Below, one piece after another: positions 24,248 through 38,200 of a stretch of 64,000 nucleotides of DNA. This DNA comes from Rebecca billardiae RCC1528 (Eukaryota; Protista; Haptophyta), in contig OZ251250.1 in the NCBI GenBank assembly GCA_965240325.2, forward strand, positions 310,001 through 374,000, read 5' to 3'. How positions within the stretch are numbered: the stretch's first letter is position 1; each line of letters begins with the position of its first letter. A program made the position numbers and the translations under genes. Below the pieces are notes generated by a model. That model made no database searches. It saw nothing but the letters and a program-made list of their open reading frames with translations, and was not told the origin of the DNA.

Positions 24248-27200
24248 TCAGCCGCCCGTGAGGCGGTTGAGCGCGTGCACCAGCAGCCCGACGCTCGTGG
24301 CGAGCAGCTCGTTGATCGCCTCGCCCGTCGCGCCGCCCTGCGAGAGCAGCTTGTCGAAGAGGAAGGGCAGCAGCACGATGAGCGCGAGCAGGATGGGCTC
24401 CTCCAGCCCGAGCGTCTGCACCTCCGCGAACGCCCAGCCGAAGAGCAGGAAGCGCGTCTGCTGCGGGCCGAAGAGCAGCGCGTACGAGGTGGAGAGCAGC
24501 GCGAGCGCCGTGAAGATGGCCCACTGCAGCAGCCACGCGACGCCCAGCCGCGCGCGCGGCGGCAGCGCGAGCGCGCGGCGGAGCGCGCTCGCGCGCCGCC
24601 GCCAGCCCACGCGGCTGCGCGCCTCGACCGCCGCCTCCTCCGCCACCATCCGCGCGTACCAGCGCGCGAGCTCGTCAAAGGAGATGGTGCCGTCGTGGTC
24701 AGCGTCCAGCTCGGCCGCGAGGAGAGCCACGCGCTGCCGGCGCAGCCGGAAGCCGAGCGCGTCGATCAGCACGCCGAACTCGGCGTGGTCGATCGTCCCG
24801 TTGCCGTCGGCGTCGTACGCGTCGAACTTGGCGCGCAGCAGCGCCCGCGTCGGCTCGTCGAGCGCCGTCAGCTCTGCTCCTGCCGCCGCAGAGTCGGCAG
24901 CAGCGGGGGCCGCGCCGTCGGAGCGCTCGGCGCAATCGTCGGCCGGAGCGGTGAGGGAGCGGGCGGGGGCTTCGGTGGCGGGGGAGGCCGCGCCGCGCGG
25001 CCCGGGCCCGATCCGCGGCGCGGCCGCGGCCGCGTCGTCGCCCTCGCCGGGCAGCAGGCGGCCCGGCCTGGGCGGCTTGGGCGGCGGCGGCGACGGCGGC
25101 ACCGAGTGGCGCGGCGAGTGCATGCCGCCGCCGCCGCCGTCGCTGCCGCTGTTGCGCCGCCCCTCGGCGGGGTCGATGGTGGGCGGCGAGCGCACGGGCG
25201 TGCTCACCAGCGCCGCGACCTCCTGCCGCGTCACGCGCGTGTGCACCCGCCCGTCGACCACCCTGCCGCTGCACCGGCCGAAGGAGCCGGACCCACCGGA
25301 CCCGCCGGACGCGCCGGACGCGGCGGACGCGGCGGACTTGGCCGAGGCGGGCGGAGAGGGCCGCGCGCCGCGCGGAGGCGCGGACGGCCGGCGCGCGCGC
25401 TCGAGCGGAGCGCCGCCGATGCCGCCGCCGGCGCTGCCGCCGGTGGAGTCGTACCCGGAGATGGCGAGCACGTTCGCGCCGGGCGAGCGGATCGGGCGCA
25501 CGCTCGACGGCCCCGCCGCGCCGCGCACGCCGCCGGCGCGCGGCAGCGGGACCGCGCGCGGCGCGACCAGCGTGCGGATGGCGGCCAAGTCGGTCACGCG
25601 CACGGGCCCGCCCGCGGCGGCGCTGAGGTCGAGGCCGCGCTCGAGCGAGGCGGCGCGGGCGGCGTGCGCGTCGTCGAGCGCCGCGGCCGTGCGCGGCGTG
25701 AGCGCCGCGGGCTGCGCGCCCGGCGGTGCGGGCTCGGCCGGCGGCGGCGGCGGCCGCACGCGCCGCGACGGCGGCGGCGCGGGCGCGGGCGCGCATGATG
25801 AGGCGGCCGCGGGCACCACGAGCGCGCGCGCGCCGTCGGCCGAGCTGCAGCGGCCGCTGCTGCTGCTCGTCGCGCGCCGGTCGGCGGCGGCGGAGCCGAG
25901 GAGGGCGGCGCGCGGCGAGGGCTCGCACGTCGAGCCGCTGTCGTGCCGCTGCACACACGCGTCCGCCGAGGCGGCGGGCGCGGGCGCGGGCGCCGCCTCC
26001 GGCTCGACCGGGACCGAGGGCTTGGCGCCGCGCGCGCCGCCGAGCGCGCCGAGCATGCTGGGCGGCAGCCCGACGGTGCTTCCGCCGAGCGCGGGCGAGG
26101 CGTCGAGGCGCTGGCGCAGGGTGCTGGGGCCCTTCGCGGAGGGCGCGCCCGCCCCCGCCTGCCCCCGCTGCACCAGCCCGTCCGCCTGCCGCCGCACCGA
26201 CGTGGCGAAGACGCTGCGCTTGAGCCCTCGCTCCGCCTGCTCCGCGCGCAGGAAGGCGGCAAACACGCGCTTCGAGACGGGCGCGGCGCGCCGGCCGTAG
26301 CCCCAGCGGAAGAGCGCGCGGAAGAGGGCGAGCGCGGGCGCGGTGAGCGCGGCGGTGAGCAGCGCGGTCATGATCGCGTGGATCAGGTTGACCGACGTGG
26401 CCGAGCCCTCGGGCGGCGCGGACGTGGAGTGCAGCATGCACGAGAGCAGCAGCCCGAGCATCGCCACGCTCCAGAAGACCTGCGCCAGCTCGGCGCGCTT
26501 CGAGTCCTCCGCGTCGGCGAACCAGATGCCGAGGAGGGAGTGGTCGGTCTGCAGCTTGAGCAGCACGCGGCGCAGCAGCGCCGTCACCATGTGGTCGCCC
26601 GACCGCTCCCGCTTCCCCTCCTTCTTCGCGAGCACGTCGGAGAAGACCTCGGTGTACGCCGCGCGCGCCGTGCGGCCGCGCGCGTACTTCTGCACGGTGA
26701 GCGCCGCGCGCCGCTTCGTCTCGTCCATCAGCTCGTCGAGCGCGTCGAGGCGCGCCTCGAGCCTGTCCGCGAGGTCCTTCGCCGCCTCGGTGTCCAGGTT
26801 GTTCGACTCGCGCGCCACGCGCTCCGCCGCCGTCAGCGCCAGCCCGTCGGGCGCCAGCTCGCCCTCGGCCGCCGGCCGGCCGCCGCCGCCGCCGCCGTCG
26901 AGCAGCCGCTGCAGCCGCTCGCGCCGCCGCCGCGCGTCGTACGCGTCGCGCGCGCCGAACGCGAGGAGGGAGAGCGCGCAGCCGCCCGCCATGCTGAGGA
27001 TGGTGACGAAGATGTACGGGCTCGACTCGAACGTGATGGGCGCGGCGAGGGAGGCCGTGGCCTCCTCCGCGCTCAGCGTGTTGATGTTGAAGCTGCGCAC
27101 GTCGGCCGCCGCCTCGTCGGGCGTGCCTGGCACGGACACGCCCGCAAAGTCGGTCAGGTGCGTGCACGCGCAGGCGCGCGCGAGCGCGCCGTCGGCCGCC

Positions 27201-30200
27201 GGCGCGACCACCGTCTCGCACCCGTCGTCGAGCCACGCGCTCGACCCCTCGTCCCACCACACGCAGCCCCACTCCGCCGCACCGCCGGCCGCGCCGCCGA
27301 GGGCGGGCAGCTCGACCAGCACGCGCCCCTCGTCCGGCAGGTCGGCGATGGTGAGCGCCAGCCCGGCCGACGCCGAGTAGAGCGTGACGGAGAAGACGGG
27401 CGTCACCAGCCCCGACGCGACGGCCGTGCCGTTCGCCTGCGTCGACGGGTCGCCGTGCACGTTGCGCGCCGAGGACCAGAGCACGACGTCGACGCCGCCC
27501 TCGAGCAGCTCGAGCGGCACGCCGCCGAACACGCTCGCCGGCACGCCCACCGAGCCCGCGCCGCCCGGCCCGGGCAGCGTGATGTTGCCGAGCGCGCCCG
27601 CGTCCGCGCGCGCCGCGCTCACGTTGATGGCCTTGCCCACGGCCTCGAAGGGCGCCTCGCCCGGCACGGCGCCGGCGAGCAGCGCGATGGCGAGCGCGCC
27701 CACTGCGCTCGTCGCCGCTCCGCCCACCGCCTCCGCCTCCGCCGCGCTCAGCGGCGCGTCGGCGTCGGCGTCGGCGGAGAGCGCCGCGTCCGCCGCGCGC
27801 AGCAGCGCGGCCGCGGTCGGTCCGTCGACGCCCGACGCGGCCGACTGCGACGCGAGGGCGGCGACCTGCTCGAGGCCCGCGGTCTGCGCGGAGGCGTCGA
27901 ACGCGCCGGGCGGCGCGGATTCGAGCACGGCGGCGAGCGCGGACGCGCTCGCCGCGCGCGCCTCGGCGGTCGGCGCGGACGCCTCCGCCGCGCCCGCCGT
28001 GAGCTCGAGCAGCCGAGCGAGCGTGGCCGAGGCGACGGTGGCGTTGTCGCCGCCCGCGGGCGTCGCGTCGAGCGCGTCGGCGAGGGCGCTCACGAGCTGC
28101 GTGGCGGTCTCGGCCGCGCCCGTCGCGACCGCGGCGTACGCGCGCGTGAGCACCGAGTCGAGCAGCCCCACGCCCTCGCCGGGCGGCGCGACGGCCACGG
28201 CCGTGTGCGCGTGCGCCGCGCCGCCGAGCGCATCTGCCACCGTGACGGTGAGCGTGCGGTTGCCCGCGGGGAGAAGCGCGCTCGCCGAGGCGGAGGCGGA
28301 GGCGGCGCCGAGCGCGGCGACGTCGGCGGCGGCGGCGCCGAGCGGCGCGTGCGAGAACGCGTAGCTCAGCGGCAGGTCCTCCTCGTCGTCCTCCGCCCAC
28401 CCCGCCGCGTACAGCGCAAAGCTCGTCTGCAGCGCCACGCCCGACGCCGGCGCCACCTCGAGCCCTCCGCCGTACGGCGGCCGATTGATCGTGACGCGCA
28501 CCTCCGTGTACGCGGGCTGCGCGCCGCCGAGCACGGCGAGGCGGAACGCGTACGTCGCACCGGGCGCGAGCGCGCCGCTGCGGATCGCGACCGTGCGCAG
28601 CGCCGCGCCCGTCGTGGTCACCCGCTCGCTGTCCGCGAGGTCGAGACCGGCGGGCTCGAGCGCGCCGGCCGCGCCCACGCGCCGCGCGCTCCACTCGTAG
28701 CTGAAGCGCGCCTGCCCCGCCGCCTCGAGCGCGCGCGAGGCGGCATCGAGACGCGCGATGATCGTCAGCCGCTCGGGGTTCCGCTCGAAGGCCGCCGGCC
28801 ACTTGCGCCGCCCGAGCGGCTCGAAGCCGAGCGTGGGCACCGCGCCCGGCACCGCCTCGATCGTCACCGACGCGGCCGCGGGCGCGCGGCCGGGCGCGGA
28901 CACGCGCACGGTGAGCGCGTACACGCCGGGCGGCAGCGTGCCGGGCGCAAGCTCGAAGAGCGCGCCGCTCGCGTTCGCCACGGACGGCTCGAGAGCCACC
29001 GGCTCGAGCGAGCTCGCGTTCGCCACGCTCCACGCGAAGGACAGCGGCGGCGTGCCGCCGTCGGCCGTCGGCGCATCGGGGTCGAATGACGCGGAGGCGT
29101 CGACGGCGAGGCGCAGCGAGCTCGGCACGCGGCGGTCGCCGCCGGCGATCACCGCGCGCAGCGGCTGCCGCGCGACGCGCACGCGCACGCGCGCCGTCGA
29201 CGCCTGCGCGGGCGCCGCCGCCATGCTCGCCGTGAGCGCCAGGTCGTACGCCCAGCCGGCGGCCAGCGAGTGCGGCGGCAGCTGCAGCACCGCGGTGCGC
29301 GCGGACGCGAGGCGCGCGAGCAGCACGTCCGTCGCGGCGGCGAGCTCGTCGGCGGAGGCGCTGCTCGCGTTCGCGCCGCCGCCCACCTGCGCCGCGCCCT
29401 CGAGGGCCCAGCTGAACACCATCGCCGGCTCGAAGCTCGGCGGCCAGCACGGCGCGAGCTCCGCGCGCCCGCTCAGCAGCGTGGGCTCGGAGGCGCGCGC
29501 GCGCAGCTCGGGCGCGCCGTCGATGGCGAGGATCGGGCTGGCGCCGTCGCCGCGCGACACGTGCCACTCGACGGGCGCGGAGGGCACGCCGAGGAAGGAC
29601 GTGACGCGCAGCACGAACACGAACGAGCCGCTCACTCCGAGCTCGGTCGGCGAGGCCGCACCGGGCCCGCCGAGCGAGAGCTGAGGCGTGCGCGCCGGCA
29701 GCGCGCTCAGCCGCGCGTTGAGCGACGCCGCGCGCCCCGAGCGGCTCGGGTCGACGCGCCACTCAAAGGTGGCGGGCCCGATGCCGCCGCGCGACGACGC
29801 GGAGCCGTCGAGCGCGAGCGACGCGCCCGGGCACGCCGAGAGTACCGCCGGGCCCGACACGGCCGCGACAGGCGTCGGGCACTGCACACCGTCGCCGCAC
29901 GGCGCGTCCGCGTCGATGGCGGCGCGCGAGGCCGCAGAGGCTAGGGCGGCGGCGCACGGCGTGCCGCACTGCTCGGGGCGCAGCGCGCCCGCGCGCACGC
30001 CCACCTCCAAGCCGGCGCGCACGAGCGTCGCCGAGCTCAGCCGCGCGACGAGCGTCGAGTCGTCCGCCCAGTAGCACTGCGGCGGCGTAGCCACGGCCGC
30101 GGCCGCGCCGCCGGCGACCAGCGCGACGGTGTCGTCGTCGAGGACGCGCGAGCACTCGCCCATGCCGCTGCCCATGCCCGCGCGGTCGGTCGGCTGCGCG

Positions 30201-32245
30201 TCGAAGCGCAGCACCATCAGCGTCGCCGCGCCGTTGAACGCCACCGCCTCGAGCACGGGCGCGTGCAGGCCGACGAAGGTGAACGCGAGCGCGCCCGCGG
30301 GCGGCGGCGTCGCGGCGGTCGCGGGCGTGAACTGCTGGCCGTTGAGCGAGACGCGGAGCTGCGCGCGGCCCGCGGCGCCGTACCGCGTGGAGACGACAAC
30401 CTCGCCCACTGCGACGCGCGCCGGCGGCTGTGCGGGCGCGTCGCCGAAGCGCACGGCCAGCAGCGCGCCGCCGGCCAGCGCGTCGAAGCCTGCGCCCCCG
30501 ATCGTCACCTCCGTGCCGCCGTTCGCGTCGCCGCTCGCCGGGCTGACGGAGCCGAGGGTGGGCGGGTCGTACGCGAGGAAGGGCAGCGCCGAGGCGGTGG
30601 TCGAGTCGGCGCTGCCGCCGCCAAGCGAGAGCTCGAGCGCCACGCTGCCCGCCGCGCCGCCCAGCGGCGGCGGTAGCACGCAGCGCGCGCGGCTCAGGGT
30701 TGGCGCCGCCGCCGACGGCGGCAGCAGCGTCGCCGCCGCCGCGCAGCCGCCGCCGCCGAGCACGCAGCACAGCTGGCCCTCGCCGTACTCGGCAAAGCCC
30801 GAGCCCACGAGCGTGACCGCCGTGCCGCCGCCCACCGGCCCGCCCGGCGGGCGCAGCTCGAGCACCGACACGGCCGCCATGTCGTACAGCTCAAACGAGA
30901 CGGGGCCGAAGAGCCCGGAGACATCCACGCCCGTGGACGCGCCCACGGCACCGAGGGCGAGGCCGACGGTGTACGCGCCCGCGGCGGAGGGCGCGCCGGA
31001 CGAGGCGGCGGCGGGCATGGCGCAGCGCAGCCGCGCGTCGCTCAGCACCGTCGCGCCCGAGAGCAGCGGGTCGCCACCGTCCCCACCGCCGTCGGCGCGC
31101 GTGAAGGCGCACTGAACCTCGCCGAACTCGCCACCGGCCAGGCTGCCAAAGCCCGCACCCTCGAGCTCGAGCGCCGCGTCGTCCGAGCCGAGCGGCGCGC
31201 CCTCGCGGCTGCCGCTGAGCACGCTCACGCGGATCGCGGGCGGCGGCGGCGGCGGCGGGCTGGGCGGCGGCAGCGGCGGCGGAGAGCTCGGCGGCGGGTG
31301 CGGCGGTGGGCCCGGCGGCGGCGATGGCGGTGGCGATGGCGGTGGCGGCGGTGGCGAGCTGGGCGGTGGTGACGGAGGCGAGCTCGGCGGCGGGCTCGGT
31401 GGCGCCGGCGGCGGGAACGGCTCCGTGCGCGGCGGCGGCGGCGGTGTCGGCGGCACCGGCGGCGCGCGCGGCGGCGGCGCGCGCGGCGGCGGCGGTGGCG
31501 GTGGCGTGGGCGGCGGTGTTGGCGGCGTGGTCGGCGGCTCGCTCGGCGGCGTGGTCGGCGGAGGCGGCGGAGGCGGCGAGGGCGGGTTGGGGGACGAAGG
31601 CGGAGAGGGGCTCGGCGGCGGACTCGGCGGAGGCGGGCTCGGCGGCGGGCTCGGCGGCGGACTCGGCGGCGCCGGCGGCGGGAACGGCTCCGTGCGCGGC
31701 GGCGGCGGCAGCGAGGGTGGCGGGCTCGGCGGCGGCGGCGTAGGCGGCGGCGAGGGCGGGGGCATCGGCGGCGGTGTGCCAGGCGGCGGACTGGGCGGCG
31801 GGTGCGGCGGCGGCGCGTGCGGCGGCAGATTCGGCGGCGGCATTGGTGACGAGCTCGGCGGCGCGCTCGGCGGATCACGCGGCGGAGGCAGCGGAGGCGG
31901 CGAGGGCGGGCTTGGCGGTGGGGTTGGTGGCGGGCTGGGTGGCGAGCTCGGCGGCGGCGGGCTCGGCGGCGGGCTCGGCGGCGGGCTCGGCGGCGCCGGC
32001 GGCGGGAACGGCTCGGTGCGCGGCGGCGGCGGCGGCGAGGGCGGCGCACTCGGCGGCGGCGGGCGAGGCGGCGGCGAGGGTGGCAGCGACGGTGGCGGCG
32101 GCATCGGCGGTGGCGAGGGCGGCGGCGAGGGCGGCGGCAGAGGCGGCGCGTGCGGCGGCGGTGGCGGCGGCCGCCAGGGCGGCGACGCCGGGGGCGTGCC
32201 GGGTGGTGGCGGCGGCGGCAAGGGCGGCGGGCTCGGTGGCTGGCT

Positions 32246-32278
<33 letters not shown>

Positions 32279-35200
32279 CGGGCTCGGCGGCGCAGGCGGC
32301 GGGAACGGCTCCGCGCGAGGCGGCGGCGGCAGGGCCGGCGGCGGGCTCGGCGGCGGCGGGCGCGGCGGCGGGCGCGGCGGCGGCTGCGGCGGCGAGGACG
32401 GCGGTGGCGCCGGAGGAGGCGCCGGCGGCGGCGCGCTCGGTGGCGCGCTCGGCGGCGCGCTCGGCGGCGGTGCGGGCGGCGCGCTCGGCGGCACGCTCGG
32501 CGGCGGGCTCGGCGGCGGCGGGCTCGGCGGCGGGATCGGCGGCGACGGCGGCGGGAACGGCTGCGTGCGCGGCGGCGGCGGCGGTGTCGGTGGCGGGCTC
32601 GGCGACGGCGGCGGCAGCGGAGGGCCCGAAGGCGGTGGCGGTGGCGGAGGGAGTGGCGGCCGCGCCGTCGGTGGGAGCGGCGGCGGCGGCGGCGCGGAGG
32701 GCGGGAAGCTCGGCGGCGGCGAGGGCGGCGGGGCGGGCGGCGGTGGCGGTGGCGGCGAGGGCGGCGGCGAGGGCGGCGAGCTCGGCGGCGAGCTCGGCGG
32801 CGGGCTGGGCGGCGGGCTGGGCGGGCTGGGCGGTGGGAACGGCAGAACGCGCGGCGGTGGCGGCGGCTGCAGAGGCGGGCTGGGCGGCGGCGCGCTGGGC
32901 GGCGGGCTCGGCGGTGCGCTCGGTGGCGGCGGCGGGTGCGGCGGCGGATGCAGCGGCGGCGCGCGCGGCGGGCTGGGCGGCGGGCTCGTTGTTGGTGGCG
33001 GGCTGGGCGGCGGGCTCGGCGGCGCGCTGGGTGGCGAGCGCGGCGGCGGGGTCGGCGGCGGGCGCGGTGGCGGCGGCGACGGAGGCGGCGAGGGCGGCGG
33101 GCTGGGCGGCGGAGGGGGCGGGCGCAGCGGTGGCGGTGACGGGGGCGGGACGGGGGGGGGGCTCGGAGGCGAGCCGGGCGGCGGTGCCGAGGGCGGTGCC
33201 GACGGCGGTGCCGAGGGCGGGGGGCTCGGTGGCGGGCTCGGCGGCGGCGGGCTGGGCGGCGGCGACGGCGGCGGGCTCGGCGGCGGGCTGGGTGGCGGCG
33301 ATGGCGGTGGCGGGCTGGGCGGTGGGATGGGCGGCGGGCTGGGCGGCGGGCTGGGCGGCGCGCGCGGTGGCGGAGGCGACGGAGGAGGCGCGGGGGGCGG
33401 GCTAGGAGGCGGGCTCGGCGGTGGGCTCGGCGGCGGTGGGCTCGGCGGTGGCGACGGCGGCGGTGACGGCGGCAGAGAGGGCGGTGGTGATGGCGGTGGC
33501 GACGGCGGTGGCGAGGGAGGCGGCGACGGCGGCGGCGACGGCGGTGGCGGCGAGGGTGGCGGGCTCGGCGGCGGGCTCGGCGGCGGGCTCGGCGGCGGCG
33601 AGGGCGGCGGTGACGGCGGTGGGCTCGGCGGCGGCAAAGGTGGCCGCGAGGGCGGCGGCGAGGGCGGCGGCGAGGGCGGCGGCGAGGGCGGCGGGCTCGG
33701 CGGCGGTGACGGCGGTGGGCTCGGCGGCGGCGCGGGCGGTGGCGAGGGCGGCGGCGAGGGCGGTGGGCTTGGGGGCGGCGAGGGCGGCGGCGGGCTGGGC
33801 GGTGGGCTGGGCGGCGGGTGCGGCGGCGGGCTGGGCGGCGGGTGCGGCGGCGGGTGCGGCGGCGGCGAGGGCGGCGGCGAGGGCGGCGGCACCGGCGGTG
33901 GAGACGGCGGCGGCAGAGGCGGCGGGCTTGGTGGGGGTCTCGGCGGCGGGCTCGGCGGCGGGGAGGGCGGCGGGCCTGGGGGCGGGCTCGGGGGCGGCGA
34001 TGGCGGCGGCGATGGCGGAGGCGATGGCGGCGGCGACGGGGGCGGCGAGGGCGGCGGAGTCGGCGGCGGGCTCGGTGGCGGCGAGGGCGGCGGGCTGGGT
34101 GGCGGTGAGGGCGGCGGGCTCGGCGGGGGCGAGGGTGGCGGCGTTGGCGGCGGCGAGGGAGGGGGCACCGGCGGCGGCGAGGGTGGTGGCGAAGGCGGCG
34201 GCCTGGGCGGCGGGCTGGGTGGCGGCGACGGAGGTGGCGAGGGCGGCGGGCTTGGTGGCGGTGATGGCGGCGGCGGGCTCGGAGGCGGGCTCGGAGGCGG
34301 GGTGGGCGGCGGGCTGGGCGGTGGCGACGGTGGTGGTGGCGACGGTGGTGGCGAGGGCGGCGGGCTGGGAGGTGGCGCCGGCGGTGGCGAGGGCGGCGGG
34401 CTGGGAGGCGGCGAGGGCGGTGGCGATGGTGGTGGGCTCGGCGGCGGGCTCGGCGGCGGCGGGCTGGGCGGCGGGCTGGGCGGCGGCGATGGCGGCGGGG
34501 AGGGCGGTGGGCTGGGCGGCGGCGGGCTCGGCGGCGGGCTCGGCGGCGGGCTCGGCGGTGGCGAGGGCGGCGGACTTGGGGGCGGCGAGGGCGGCGGGCT
34601 CGGCGGTGGCGAGGGCGGCGGAATTGGGGGCGGCGAGGGCGGCGGGCTCGGCGGCGGGCTTGGCGGCGGCGAGGGCGGCGGGCGCGGCGGTGGCGAGGGC
34701 GGCGGCAAGGGCGGCGGAATCGGCGGCGGGCTCGGTGGCGGCGATGGCGGCGGCCTGGGTGGTGGCGAGGGCGGCGGGCTCGGTGGTGGTGACGGTGGCG
34801 GCGAGGGCGGCGGAATCGGCGGTGGGCTCGGTGGTGGCGAGGGCGGCGGGGAGGGCGGTGGTGACGGCGGCGGGCTCGGTGGCGGCGAGGGTGGTGGCGA
34901 GGGCGGCGGGCTGGGAGGCGGCGAGGGTGGCGGGCTCGGTGGCGGCCTGGGTGGCGGCGAGGGCGGCGGGCTGGGAGGCGGCGCGGGTGGCGGGCTCGGC
35001 GGCGGGCTCGGCGGCGGCGAGGGCGGCGGGTTCGGTGGTGGCGAGGGTGGCGGCGAGGGCGGCGGTGTCGGCGGCGGGCTCGGCGGCGGGCTCGGCGGCG
35101 GCGAAGGTGGCGGCGATGGCGGCGGCGGGCTCGGAGGCGGGCTCGGAGGCGGGGTCGGCGGCGGGCTGGGCGGTGGCGACGGCGGTGGTGGCGATGGTGG

Positions 35201-38200
35201 TGGCGAGGGCGGCGGGCTGGGAGGTGGCGCCGGCGGTGGCGAGGGCGGCGGGCTGGGAGGCGGCGAGGGCGGTGGCGATGGTGGTGGGCTCGGCGGCGGG
35301 CTCGGCGGCGGCGGGCTGGGCGGTGGGCTGGGCGGCGGCGACGGCGGCGGGGAGGGCGGTGGGCTGGGCGGTGGCGGGCTCGGCGGCGGGCTCGGCGGCG
35401 GGCTCGGCGGTGGCGAGGGCGGCGGACTTGGGGGTGGCGAGGGCGGCGGGCTCGGCGGTGGCGAGGGCGGCGGACTTGGGGGCGGCGAGGGCGGCGGGCT
35501 CGGCGGCGGGCTCGGCGGCGGCGAGGGCGGCGGGCGCGGCGGTGGCGAGGGCGGCGGCGAGGGCGGCGGCAAGGGTGGCGGCGACGGTGGCGGCGACGGC
35601 GGCGGGGTCGGCGGCGGGCTTGGCGGTGGCGATGGCGGCGGCGGGCTCGGCGGCGGGCTCGGAGGCGGTGATGGCGGCGGGCTGGGCGGTGGCGACGGTG
35701 GCGGCGGTGATGGCGGCGGACTGGGCGGCGGCGATGGCGGAGGCGACGGCGGCGGGCTCGGCGGCGGGCTCGGCGGCGGCGGGCTGGGCGGTGGGCTCGG
35801 CGGCGGCGACGGCGGCGGAGACGGCGGCGGGCTGGGCGGTGGCGGGCTCGGTGGCGGGCTCGGCGGCGGGCTCGGTGGTGGCGAGGGCGGCGGACTCGGT
35901 GGCGGCGTTGGCGGCGGCGAGGGCGGCGGGCTTGGCGGTGGCGAAGGCGGCGGGCGTGGTGGTGGCGAGGGCGGCGGCGAGGGCGGCGGGCTCGGCGGTG
36001 GGCTGGGTGGCGGGCTGGGCGGCGGCAAGGGCGGCGGCGAGGGCGGCGGGCTCGGCGGCGGGCTCGGCGGCGGCGAGGGCGGCGGGCTCGGTGGTGGCGA
36101 GGGCGGCGGCGAGGGCGGCGGTGTGGGCGGTGGACTCGGCGGCGGGCTCGGCGGCGGGCTCGGTGGTGGCAAGGGTGGTGGGCTCGGCGGGGGCGACGGG
36201 GGTGAGCTGGGCGGTGGCGACGGCGGCGGGGATGGCGGCGGCGGACTCGGAGGCGGGCTCGGAGGCGGGGACGGCGGCGGGCTGGGCGGTGGCGACGGCG
36301 GCGGCGGTGATGGCGGCGGGCTGGGCGGTGGCGAGGGCGGCGGCGAGGGCGGCGGGCTCGGCGGCGGGCTCGGCGGCGGCGAGGGCGGCGGGCTCGGTGG
36401 TGGCGAGGGCGGCGGCGAGGGCGGCGGTGTGGGCGGTGGACTCGGCGGCGGGCTCGGCGGCGGGCTCGGTGGTGGCAAGGGTGGTGGGCTCGGCGGGGGC
36501 GACGGAGGTGGGCTGGGCGGTGGCGACGGCGGCGGGGATGGCGGCGGCGGACTCGGAGGCGGGCTCGGAGGCGGGGACGGCGGCGGGCTGGGCGGTGGCG
36601 ACGGCGGCGGCGGTGATGGCGGCGGGCTGGGCGGCGGCGAGGGCGGTGGCGACGGCGGCGGACTCGGCGGCGGGCTCGGCGGTGGCGGGCTGGGCGGTGG
36701 GCTGGGTGGCGGCGACGGCGGCGGGGAGGGCGGTGGACTGGGCGGTGGCGGGCTCGGTGGCGGACTCGGCGGCGGGCTCGGCGGTGGCGAGGGCGGCGGA
36801 CTTGGGGGCGGCGAGGGCGGCGGCGAGGGCGGCGGGCTCGGTGGCGGCGAAGGTGGCGGGCACGGTGGTGGCGAGGGCGGCGGCGAGGGCGGCGGCGAGG
36901 GCGGCGGCGATGGCGGCGGCGACGGCGGCGGGGTCGGCGGCGGGCTTGGCGGCGGCGATGGCGGCGGCGGGCTCGGAGGCGGGCTCGGAGGCGGGGATGG
37001 CGGCGGGCTGGGCGGTGGCGACGGTGGCGGCGGTGATGGCGGCGGGCTGGGCGGCGGCGAGGGCGGTGGCGACGGCGGCGGACTCGGCGGCGGGCTCGGC
37101 GGCGGCGGGCTGGGCGGCGGGCTGGGCGGCGGCGACGGCGGCGGGGAGGGCGGCGGGCTGGGCGGTGGCGGGCTCGGTGGCGGGCTCGGCGGCGGGCTCG
37201 GCGGTGGCGAGGGCGGCGGACTTGGGGGCGGCGAGGGCGGCGGCGACGGCGGCGGGGTCGGCGGAGGGCTTGGCGGCGGCGATGGCGGCGGCGGGCTCGG
37301 AGGCGGGCTCGGAGGAGGGGACGGCGGCGGGCTGGGCGGTGGCGACGGTGGCGGTGGTGATGGCGGTGGGCTTGGCGGCGGCGATGGTGGAGGCGACGGC
37401 GGCGGGTTCGGCGGTGGGCTCGGTGGCGGCGGGCTGGGCGGTGGGCTGGGCGGCGGCCACGGCGGCGGGAAGGGTGGCGGGCTGGGCGGCGGTGGGCTCG
37501 GTGGCGGGCTCGGCGGCGGGCTTGGTGGTGGCGAGGGCGGCGGACTCGGTGGCGGCGAGGGCGGCGGCGAGGGCGGCGGGCTTGGCGGCGGCGACGGTGG
37601 CGGGCGAGGTGGTGGCGAGGGCGGCGGCGAGGGCGGTGGGCTCGGCGGCGGGCTCGGCGGCGGGCTGGGCGGCGGGCTGGGTGGCGGCGAGGGCGGCGGG
37701 CTCGGCGGCGGCGAGGGTGGCGGCGACGGCGGTGGGGACGGCGGGGGCGAGGGCGGCGGGGAGGGTGGCGGCGAGGGTGGCGGCGAGGGCGGCGGGCTGG
37801 GCGGCGGCGGGCTCGGCGGCGGGCTCGGGGGAGGGGAGGGCGGCGGGCTGGGCGGCGGCGACGGCGGTGGCGGCGATGGCGGCGGCGATGGCGGCGGGCT
37901 GGGAGGCGGCGTCGGTGGCGGAGAGGGCGGCGGGCTGGGCGGCGGGGAGGGCGGTGGCGAGGGCGGTGGGCTCGGCGGCGGGCTCGGCGGCGGCGACGGC
38001 GGCGGGCTCGGTGGCGGTGTCGGTGGCGGCGGGCTGGGCGGCGGTGAAGGTGGCGGGCTGGGCGGCGGCGACGGCGGTGGGCTCGGCGGCGGCGACGGCG
38101 GTGGGCTCGGTGGCGGAGACGGCGGTGGGCTGGGCGGAGGTGGGCTCGGCGGTGGGCTCGGGGGCGGTGATGGCGGCGGGCTTGGCGGCGGCGACGGCGG

